A stretch of DNA of 64,000 nt from Mobula hypostoma. Its lineage: Eukaryota. The stretch is from contig NC_086097.1 of assembly GCF_963921235.1 (NCBI RefSeq), positions 24,988,001 to 25,052,000 of the forward strand, given 5' to 3'. A program made the translations under genes and the position numbers. Position 1 is the first letter of the stretch. The number at the start of each line of letters is the position of its first letter. The notes below the pieces were generated by a model. It ran no database searches, had not been told where the DNA came from, and saw only the letters and a program-made list of their open reading frames with translations. Of this stretch, positions 13,583 through 23,688 are shown one piece after another.

Positions 13583-14579
13583 CATGAGGATGCATGCCCA
13601 CCTCCCCACCTCCCCATCAAACTTTGTTTCAATCCTTTGTGGATTATAGGCTCCATCGGTAGGGGCATACAAGATGACAAAAGGGATAGATAGGGTGAAC
13701 AGCCAGAGAATTTTCCCAGGATAAAAATGGTTAATACAAAGGAGTATAATTTTAAAGTGACTGGAAGGAAGTATGGGGTGGGGTGGTTCTTTACACAGAG
13801 AGTGGTGGGTGCATAGAATGCCCTGTCAGGGATGGTGGTAGAGCAAATACATTAAGGATTTTTAAGAGACTGTTAGATGGGCATGTGGATGATAGAAAAC
13901 AAAAAGAGGGGTGGGTAGGAGCGAAAGGGTAGATTGATCTCGGAATGCGTTAAAAGTTTGGCACAACATCGCGTGTCGAAAGACTGATACTGTGCTGTAA
14001 TATTCTAAGCTCTATGATCTATGAAATTGGAGACAGGTTGATGGAAAGGGTACTTAGCACGTTGGCTTTCATCAGACAGGGCACTAATTATTGATGTTAG
14101 GATATTTTATTGTACAAGATGTAGGTAAAAGCGCACTCATCATCATCTTCAAAAGGCAATGCCTCAAAAAGCAGCATCCATCACTATGAACCCCCACCAC
14201 CAGGTCACGCCCTCCTCTCATCACTGCGAAGAGGTACGCGAGTCAGAAGACACACACTCAAAAGTTGAAGAACAAATTCTTCCCTTCCCTTCTGCCATCA
14301 GATTTCTGGATGGCCAATAAGCCCATGAGCTACCTTACTCTTTTTGCTTTCTTTTTACATTACTTACTTAATTTTATTCCCTTTTGTAATTTATAGTATA
14401 TTTTATGCATGGTTAGTATATTTTATGCATGGCACTGTACCGCTGCCAGAAAGTAACAAATGTCATGACATATGTCAATCAGAATAAGCATAATTCTAAT
14501 TCTGATTGGAGTATTGTGTTCAGCTTTGGTCATCCTGTCACAGGAACTGCACCATTAATCTGGAAAGAGTGCAAATAAG

Positions 14580-16385
14580 TGTACGGAGTCTCTTTTTTTT
14601 GTATGTTAAATTTAAAATGGCTTCTTTGTTATGTTAAATACTGAGAAAGTCTCTAGCCAGACATTTGCTTGGGTTAGTACAGACAGCAGGGTGCTATTAG
14701 CCAATGGGTGTTCGGGTATCATTTTGTTTTCAGATGATAATGCTGTCTCATATGACTGGGGACAGGGTTTTTGGGGGGAGTCGGAGGAGAGACAGGGAGG
14801 TCGGCGGACGGGGTTTTTGACGGGGAGTCGGAGGAGAGACGGGGAGGACGGTGGACGGGTTTTTGGGGGGAGTTGGAGGATAGACGGGGAGGACGGTGGA
14901 CGGGGCTTTTGGCGGGGAGTCGGAGGAGAAACGGGGAAGACGGTGGATGGGGTTTTTGGGGGGGAGTCGGAGAAGAGACGGGGAGGACGGCGGACGGGGT
15001 TTTTGGGGGGGAGTCGGAGGAGAGACGAGGAGGACGGTGGACAGGGTTTTTGGTGGGGAGTCGGAGGAGAGACGGGGAGGACGGTGGATGGGGTTTCTGG
15101 GGGTGAGTTGGAGGAGAGACGGGGAGGACGGCGGACGGGGTTTTTGGGGGGGAGTCGGAGGAGAGACGAGGAGGACGGTGGACAGGGTTTTTGGCGGGGA
15201 GTCGGAGGAGAGACGGGGAGGACGGTGGATGGGGTTTTGGGGGGGAGTCGGAGGAGAGACGGGAAGGACGGCGGACGGGGTTTTTGGGGGGAGTTGGAGG
15301 AGAGACAGGGAGGATGGCAGACGGGGTTTTTGGGGGGGAGTCGGAGGAGAGACAGGGAGTCGGAGGAGAGACGAGGAGGACAGTGGACGGGGTTTTGGGG
15401 GGAGTCGGAGGAGAGACGGAGAGGACAGTGGATGGGGTTTTTGACGGGGAGTCGGAGGAGAGACGGAGAGGACAGTGGATGGGGTTTTTGACGGGGAGTC
15501 GGAGGAGAAACGGGGAGTCAGAGGAGAGACGAGGAGGACGGTGGACAGGGTTTTGGGGGGAGTTGGAGGAGAGACAGAGAGGACGGTGGATGGGGTTTTG
15601 GGGGGAGTCGGAGTGGAGACTGGGAGTCGGAGGAGAGACAAGGAGTCGGGGGAGAGACGGGGAGACGGAGGAGAGACGGGGAGTCGGAGGAGAGACGGGG
15701 AGACGGAGGAGAGACGGGGAGTCAGTGGAGAGACGGGGAGTCGGAGGAGAGACGGGGAGTCGGGGGAGAGACGGGGAGACGGAGGAGAGACGGGGAGTCG
15801 GAGGAGAGACGGGGAGACGGAGGAGAGACGGGGAGTCAGTGGAGAGACGGGGAGTCGGAGGAGAGACGGGGAGTCGGGGGAGAGACGGGGAGTCGGGGAA
15901 GAGACGGGGAGTCGGAGGAGAGATGGGGAGACGGAGGAGATACGGGGAGTCGGTGGAGAGAGACGGGGAGTCGGTGGAGAGAGACGGGGAGTCGGTGGAG
16001 GGACGGGGAGGACGGCGGATGTGCGGAAAGGCTCCGGTTGATCACTTCAGGTGGTCCCGAGCTGTGAGTTGACAGGATCCAGGTGGTCGTCAGGAATCGA
16101 TTGGGCTCCAACGGTTGCACACGAAGAACTTGGACTTTGATAAGTCTGGCGCTTTTTTTTCCCCATTACTTCCTTCTCTGTATCGCACTGATATTAATTT
16201 CATAGACTTAGTAATATCTATAAAGTGTACTTGGTAAAACGTACTGTGTGTGCTGGCTGATGATTGATGCTTGTGATTGATTCAGGTGGCAGTGGTACAG
16301 CAACCAACCCAGCAGGAAGCGTTCAGGCCGGTGCTGGGCGGGATTTCCCCAAGGCATATACGAGCCAATATAGCTGAGTGTTACA
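14580..16385. mobile_element. Solo LTR (about 1.8 kb) inserted in a CR1 fragment
   Basis: TGTAC...TTACA ends with 4-bp TSD TAAG (14576-14579, 16386-16389). Removing it restores the CR1 peptide ERVQIRFMRTLPG. Confidence 0.75.
14758..16015. repeat. G/purine-rich VNTR inside the solo LTR
   Basis: About 45-bp units (GGGGAGTCGGAGGAGAGACGGGGAGGACGGTGGACGGGGTTTTT) give way to about 19-bp units (GGGGAGTCGGAGGAGAGAC). Confidence 0.95.
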
Positions 16386-17973
16386 TAAGATTCATGAGAA
16401 CGCTGCCAGGATTTGATGGCCTGAGTTACACAGAGAGGTTGGGAGGACTAGGACTGTAATCACTGAAACATGGGGCACTGAGAGGTGACCTTACAGAGGT
16501 GTATAAAATTACAAGGGTACAAATAGGGTAAATGCAGTCAATCCCATGAGAAAAGAACTGTCAGGAACCAAGGGAACTAATTCTTGGCCTGCCCAACTTC
16601 TTCCTATAGCTCAGGCACCGAAGTCCTGACAACATTCCCATAAGCAATCGACATTTCAGACTGATGAAGGGTACTGGCCCTAAACCTCAACCACTTATTC
16701 ATTTCCATAGATGCTGCCTGACCAGCTGAGTTCCTCCAACATTATTGCTCTGGATTTCCGGTATCTGCAGAAAATTGTGTGTTGAACATCTCACAATTCT
16801 GTTTTGCACTCCTCTCAGCTTAATGACATCTTTCCTATATCAGGGTTACCAAAATAGAATACAGCACTTCAGGTGAGGCCTCAAAAACGTCTTGTACAAC
16901 TGTGACATCATATCCCAAATCCCACACTCAATATCCTGAAAGATGAAGGTGAGAGTGCCAAATACCTTCTCAACCCTGCAAACACCAATCGTCAAGGAAA
17001 ACCTTTTCTACAAATGTGCCCTTTTCATGTTGCAATTGTGCCCATCTCTATCACCTCCTCAGGCAGTTCTTCCCAAATACTCCCACTGTCTTTACAAAAG
17101 CCTTGCCTCATACCTGGGATAGTATACAGAGACTCTCATCAGCTCCAGTGTTTTGGAAAAGACCTGGAGAATTCTCCCCAGTTCTCTCCGGCTTCTGAAC
17201 CATAGAAAGCATTGTTTCTGGATGCATCAGGACTTGCTATGGCAACGGCTCTGCCCGTGACTACAGGAAACTGCAGAGAGTTGTGGATGCAGCTCAGCAC
17301 ATCATAGGAACCAGCCTCCTCCTTAAGGACCCTGTCTGTAGTTCCCACTGCATCAGTAAAGCAGCCAGCATAATCGAAGATCCCACCCACCCCGGGCGTC
17401 CTTTCTTCTCCCCTCTCCCATTAGGCGGAAGATACAAAAGCCTGAAAGTACATCCCACCAGGTTCAAAGACTCCCGCTGTTATCAGACTCTGGAATGGAC
17501 GTCTTGGACGATAAGATGGACTCTTAACTTCACAACCTACCTCACGATGATCTTGCCCTTCATCATTTGTCTGCACCGCACATTTTTTGGTCGGTTTTAC
17601 ACTTTATTCTGCATTGTTATCCTTTTACCTCTCAGCACTGTGTAATGATTTGATCTGTATGAACAGTGGCAAGACCGGTTTTTCATTGTATCTTGGTACA
17701 TGTGACAATAATCACCAATACTTAACCCTCAATTACCCAACCACACAAAAACAAAGACAACTTATCGGATTATTCCCCCTTGTTAGAGCCTGTAGGATTT
17801 TGCTGTGTGCGAATTGGCTAATGACAACACTTTTAAAAAATGGTTCACTAACGCAGAACCACACTGAGAGATCCTGGGGATATTGCTACATACATTGACT
17901 TTCATTACATAAGGATCATGTAATGTTGCGTCATGAATTGATAGAGAGCACGGCAGGTGAGTTACAAGATCTT

Positions 17974-17979
17974 TTTATT
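17974..17979 (-). promoter_or_regulatory. Candidate polyadenylation signal of the DIO2-like gene
   Basis: AATAAA on the minus strand about 135 nt downstream of the SECIS. Confidence 0.6.
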
Positions 17980-18111
17980 ACAATGCCCATCAAAGTACAC
18001 TCGGCAATAGCACCACAAATCGATTTCATGCATATAAATATATAAACAAGTAAAACTAACTTCAGCCAGTCAACGTATTTCACTCAGAGTGGGAGAACTG
18101 AGGGCAGGGAT

Positions 18112-18182
18112 GGGCTTCTTTCTCTTCCAACAACTGACAGAGTGGTGAACTCATTCTTCAGTCGCCTTCATTCTGTGAGCCC
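18112..18182 (-). promoter_or_regulatory. SECIS element (form 2) in the 3'UTR of the DIO2-like gene
   Basis: Minus strand: GGGCT CACAGA ATGA A GGCGACTGA AG AA T GAGT TCACC ACTC TG TCAGTTGTT GGAA GAGAAAGA AGCCC. AUGA/GA quartet, 9-bp helix II (GGCGACUGA:UCAGUUGUU), unpaired AA 12 nt after AUGA, apical minihelix GAGU/ACUC, helix I GGGCU/AGCCC. Confidence 0.88.
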
Positions 18183-19586
18183 GGCTCCAGCCCACAGCCC
18201 CCTCCACTCATGCTTAAACCAAACAGAACGTGTGCAACTCAGTAACTTAAAAGAGAGGCTCACCTTAGACATGAACCTGCAGATGGGGGCAACGTACAGC
18301 AATAAAAGAGAAACTTAAGACACTGGTGAGGTGGGAACATTTTGCACCTCATGAAAAGAATACATTTACCACATTAAAAACTAAAATAGGGAATGCAATG
18401 ATGTTCAAAACCTGTGTCAGGTTTATTATATAATTAAGTCTATGTTCAGAACAAAAATATTGACATTCAGCTCAACTTGTTCTGGTATTTTCCACTTTCA
18501 AAGCAATCTTCTGTGAGATTATTTGGAAATAGTTTCGTCTGACTTGCATTAAATTTTATTGATGCATGGTTCAGTATCAGCTGAGGACAGTTATACAAAG
18601 GCTGATTATCTAACGCCCAGAGAAAGGGTCTCGACCCGAAACAGCAATTGTCCATTTCCCTTCACAGAATCTGCCTGATCCACTGAGCTCCTCCTGTATC
18701 TGTGTGTGTGACTTCCGTGACCCCATTCCTTCAACACCCACCCCCAGCCCAGGAGGGGAGCTGCCTTCTTGGACTGCCACAGTCTCTTTGGTGACGATGC
18801 TCTCATGTTGCTGATGGTGGGGAAGGAATGGAGTGAAGAGGGGTAGGGGGGAGCTCCAGGAATTAGAGACCCAGCAATGTATTTCCAAATCAGGATGGTG
18901 GGCAACTCTTAGGGAGAGGGGTGTCAGTGAAGCCTGGAGATGGAAAGCTGCAGAGGGCTGACTTCTCAGCCAGCTCCCTCACAGGCCTGTTATCATGCTG
19001 TGGCTCTAAATAAAACAGGCACAATGCTCCCCACAATCGAGGACATCTCCAAACGATGCAATGCCTCAAGAAAGCTGCATCCATCATTGAGGACGTCACC
19101 TCCCAGCACACGCCCTTGTCTCATTGCAACCGTCAGAGAGGAGGTGCAGGAGCCCCGACATTTGAGGAATGGCTTTCTCCCCTCTGCTATCATATTTTGA
19201 AACAGTCAAAATCACTTATTATCACTGATGTATCTTGAAATTGGCTGTTTTGCAGCAGAAGTATAGTGCAAGACATTTAAAAAGTTACAATGGAAATATA
19301 TTTTTAAAAAATCAATAATGCTTGCAAAAACAGAGCAAAAGAGTGAGATAGCATGCAAGAGCCCACGAACCCACTATTCTGCTCTCTTTTCACATTTCAT
19401 TTATATTTAATATTTTTTATTGTAACGTAGTTTTTTTTTAAGCGTTGCACTGTACTGCCACAAAGCAACAAATGTCATGACAGATGACAGTGATTTTTAT
19501 TCTGATTCAGATTCCTTCCTTTCCCCCCTCTGTACGGCCAGCTGCCCTTGGCATCACCACCCACCCCTCCACCCCTCCCTCCCTCC

Positions 19587-20339
19587 TTACTGCTTGTCCC
19601 CTCGGCGCCGCTCCAGCCAGCTCCTAACCCCAGCCAGGCTGTAGTAAAGGGGTCCCATCCCTCCGAGGTGTGCCACCCTGCCATCCTGCACAACGCAGAA
19701 GCGCTCAAAGGCCACGCCGTAGGCCTGGCTGGCCCCATCCTCCATGGAGTCAGCCACCACCCGGCACCAGGGGTCCAGCCGGAAATGGCGCAGGAGGAGG
19801 GAGGCGGCTGCGAGGCGCTCGGCCAGTGACCGGTGTCGCGGCAGCTGGAAGGGCGAGGAGGCAGCCCAGCCGTCGGAGGGGTGGGCCTCCCCAATGTAGA
19901 CCACCAGGAAGTCCGCCGCTCCGGCGTACTCCTCGGCCAGCCGGCAGAAGTCGGGCAGGGTGCCCACGAAGGGGGGTCACGTGGCCGAGCCGAAGTTGAC
20001 CACCAGTGGGCGGCCCGGACTGGCCAGGTCCAGCAGCCGGCAGCAGGACCCCCCGCCCTCCGTGCCCACCTGCACCACTCGCGAGTTGGGGGCTGCTCCG
20101 CCCTGCTTCACCTGCTTGCGTGCATCCAGCTGGAAACAGTGCCAAACCGAGCGCAGGCCCGGCAGGGTCAGCATCCTCTGGCCCCCGGCCCGGCCTGAAG
20201 ACAGGCCAAAGCCACTCAGCAGGCCCACTACCTGCTTAATGAGCTGCACTGAGTCATAGGCGGCCAGGAACAGGCAGTTGGAGAAGAACCCGGGCAGGAT
20301 CTGCAGGCCGATCAAGAGGTCCACACTTAACAAGCCCAT
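19587..20339 (-). CDS. dio2: Type II iodothyronine deiodinase-like selenoprotein, 250 aa, single coding exon, Sec121 encoded by TGA at 19979-19977
   Basis: ORFs 19977-20339 and 19587-19967 are in one frame, joined by TGA-CCC-CCC-TTC. N-terminal TM segment MGLLSVDLLIGLQILPGFFSNCLFLAAYDS; active centre RPLVVNFGSAT-U-PPF (Ala at -2 as in DIO2); DFLVVYIGEAHPSDGW; YGVAFER. Kozak ACCATGG, TAA stop, SECIS downstream. Orthologue versus paralogue is unresolved. Confidence 0.95.
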
Positions 20340-20444
20340 GGTGTTGCTCCACGGAGATTAGCCGGCTTGCCTCAAAGTTTTTGTGGAAGTTGCTCTCTCC
20401 CTCTCTCTTCCACTCTCTCCGGTCTCCTCCAGCTCTTCTCCACT

Positions 20445-20465
20445 CTACTCGTTCATCCACTCCAT
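20445..20465 (-). promoter_or_regulatory. Upstream ORF (MEWMNE*) in the putative 5'UTR
   Basis: ATG GAG TGG ATG AAC GAG TAG holds the only ATGs I found between the TATA box and the main start. Confidence 0.6.
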
Positions 20466-20807
20466 GAGTCAGGATAGCGAGACGAATCCACCTTCCTGAA
20501 TCCCCTCTGTCTCCTGAAGCCACGCTCTCCCAAAGCTGCTGTGTTGCTCGAATCCACTTTCTCCCTCCCTCTCGAAGGCGCTCTTTCTCGCTTGAATCTG
20601 CGCGCTCTCTTGATTCGACGCTCTCTCTGCCTCTGACCAATGGAGATGCAGGCAAGGGGAGGGAAGGAGGACTGAGGCAGGTCCTACCAACCCCCTGCAG
20701 AGGTTTAACCCGGCCAACTTCGGTCTCACGTGCACTCGCCGGCCCTCCCAGTCACAGCTCTGTTGTCACTCGCTGTGGCTCTGCACCGACAGCAGGTTGA
20801 GCCGACC

Positions 20808-20897
20808 TTATATACCCAGCTGCTGCCAATTACTGTGACTCCACAGAGCAGGGCTAATCTCTACTGAAGATTGTGACGTAGGTGGCTGGCTGAGTCA
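20808..20897 (-). promoter_or_regulatory. Proximal promoter: TATA box (20808-20814), CRE-like site (20874-20881), AP-1 site (20891-20897)
   Basis: Minus strand has TGACTCA ... CTACGTCA ... TATATAA. CRE-to-TATA spacing of about 60 nt matches the known DIO2 layout (CRE near -90). TSS inferred near 20783. Confidence 0.7.
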
Positions 20898-23652
20898 GGA
20901 AAGTTTGCCCAGTGCTGGAAAAAAGAGCCCGTGCTTTGTAAAACAAACAGATTATGCTGTTGCTCCCCAGACTGAGTTGATGCAGCATTTTGCGCTAGGA
21001 AGCGGTAAAAATAGGCTGGGAATCAGCTTTATTATCGCTGACATATGTGGTGATATTTGTTCCTCTGTGGCAGCTGTACAGTCGCAATGGATAAAGTATC
21101 TGATAACTACAACAAAAATTAAGTACTGCAAAGATAGTAAGATAATGTTGATGAGTTCTTGGACTATTTGGAAGGAGGAGAAGCTGGGTGGTGGCTGTCC
21201 TAAATGGTGAATGCTGCCTTTTTGAGGATGTTTGTCCTCAATGCTGGAGAGGGTAGTGTCCCCATGATGGAGCTGGCTGAGTTTACAACCCTCTGTAGCT
21301 TTTTCCATTCTTTTCCCGCAGCAGTACAGCGCAAAGACATAAAATTATTGTAAGTTACTAAATAAATAAATAGTGCAGAAAGAAAGGAATAACAAGGTAG
21401 TGCCCATGGACCATTCAGAAACCTGATAACAGAGGGGAAAAAAGCTGTTCCTGAATCGCAGTGGTGTGTTGGTCTTCAGGCTCCTGGGCTGCCTCTGTGG
21501 TGATACTAACGAGAAGAGGGCATGTGTGGGGGTCTTTAGTGATGGATGATATCTTCTCGAAGCACTGCCTCGATAGTCAGGAGGACTAGTGGCCATGATG
21601 GAATCTACAACTCCAGTAGCCTCTTGTGATGTGATCCTGGGCACTGTGAGACTATACACCAGGCAGCGATGCATCCACTCAGAACTCCCTCCACTGTTCA
21701 TTGGTAGAAATCAAACCTTGTTGAAATACCAAGGATTCACGGATCAATTTAAATCTCAATTTTGCATTTCTATAGCCCCACTTGGGATGTGACATCCCAC
21801 TCCAGCTGGCCTGCAGACACTGGCTGGAATGCAGAGGCACCAGTCACACAAGCCCACACAAACAGCTACACAGTCCTGACTTGTAGCATAGAACGTAACA
21901 GTTCAGTACAGGTGCTTCAGCTGCAATGCTGTGCCAAACTTTTAACCTGCTTTAGTATCAATCTAACCTTCCTTCCTACAAAGCCCTCCATTTTTTCTAT
22001 AATCCATGTGCCTGTTATTTAAGAGATTCTAAAATGCCCCTAATATATCTGACTCTTCCACCACACCTGGCAGGGCATTCCACAGGCCCACCACAAAAAC
22101 CTACTTCTGACATCTCCCCTTTACTTTCCTCCAATCACCTTAAAATTATGCCACCCTGGGAAAATGCCTCTAGCTGCCCAGTCAATCTATTTTTTGCACT
22201 ACCTTACTTTCCATTTTTCTATTTTCTATTTATGATTTATGATTTAAATTTTTATATTTACTAATTTTTACTATTTTTAATATTTAATATTTGTAATCCA
22301 GGGAGTGGGAAGCGCAGAATCAAATATTGCTGTGATGATTGTAGGTTCTAGTACCAACTGTTTGGTGACAATAAAGTATAAAGTATAGAAGTATGTCTCT
22401 TATCATCTTGTACACCTCTATTGTCAGCTCTTATCCTCCTTTGCTGTAGCTTGCTCAGCCTATCCTCATTAGACATGCTCTCTAATCCAGGTGTTAGCAT
22501 GATGCTATTGCAATTCCAGGTGTTCCGTAGTTCGGAATTCAATTCCAGTGCCATTCTGTGAGGAATCTCTGTACGTCCTCCCCATGGAATGCATGCATTT
22601 TCCCTGGGCGCTCCCGTTTCCTCCCACAGTCCAAAGCCATACTAGGTAGGTTAACTGGTCATTGTGAAGATTTTAGCATTTTCACATAAGCAACACTTCG
22701 GCCCAGGGGAAAGGAGGAGTTCCAAGACATACACGCAGAAGTTATTAAGCCCCGGTGATATATTTTCAAATCAGGGTGTCGTTAAACTTGGAAGGGAGTC
22801 AAGAGTAGGTGGATTTCCCTAGTGTCTGCTGCCTTTGTCCTTCTTGCTGGTGAAGGCCATAGATTTGGTAAGTCCTGTGGGAGTAATCCAGACTAGTAAA
22901 TGCCAATTCTGTTGATGCACGCAGTATTGTGAGGAGGGGCCTCAATGTACAGGATCAGAAAGAGCTGCTGTAAACTCAGCCAGCCCCATCATGGACACTA
23001 ACCTCCGTACCATCGAGGACATCTTCAAATATGATGCCTTAAAAAGGCAAAATCCTTTATTAAGGACCCCCATCACTCAGGATGCCCTCTTACCATTAGG
23101 GAGGGGGGACAGGACAAAGAAGACACCCATTCAATGTTTTAAGAACAGCTTCTTCCCCTCTGCCATCAGATTTCTGGAAGGATCACAAACCCATGAACAT
23201 GACCTCACTAATATTGCTCCCTTTTGGCACTACTTAATTATTTTTATATAAATTTCTTATCGTGATTTGTAGTATATTTAATGTATTGCACTATATATAT
23301 TATCGCTGACATATGTCATGAAATTTTGCAGCAAAACAATGAATTTCACAACACACAGTACATCAGCTGGTAATAAACCTGACTCTGAACGGGACATGTC
23401 TGGCATCTGACATCCACTATGGCCATTGTGTAAGCTTAGAATCGCTGCATATGCAAGACCACCAGCAAGGGCACTCGATCTCCATCTCACCAAGAGCACC
23501 CAAATTCTGAGAAATCAGTTATTTTTCAAAGTTCAAAGTAAATTTATTATCAAAGTACGCATACAATATACATATACTGCCCTTAGATTAGCTTTCTTGC
23601 AGGCATTCAAGGTAGAAAAAAGTAGAACAATAGATTCAATGAAAACCTGCGT

Positions 23653-23688
<36 letters not shown>

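Noticed and set aside
14631..16120. Long ORFs of 180-297 aa in several frames
   Set aside because: Translations of the G-rich VNTR, which is poor in stop codons.
19977..19979. In-frame TGA read as a nonsense mutation (pseudogene or two genes)
   Set aside because: It sits exactly at the deiodinase Sec position, the frame continues intact, and a SECIS lies downstream.
19475..20259. Overlapping alternative-frame and antisense ORFs
   Set aside because: Expected by-products of a very GC-rich CDS; no recognisable motifs.
19587..20339. Calling the gene DIO3 because it is intronless
   Set aside because: The N-terminus, SAT-U (not SCT-U) and YGVAFER are DIO2-type.
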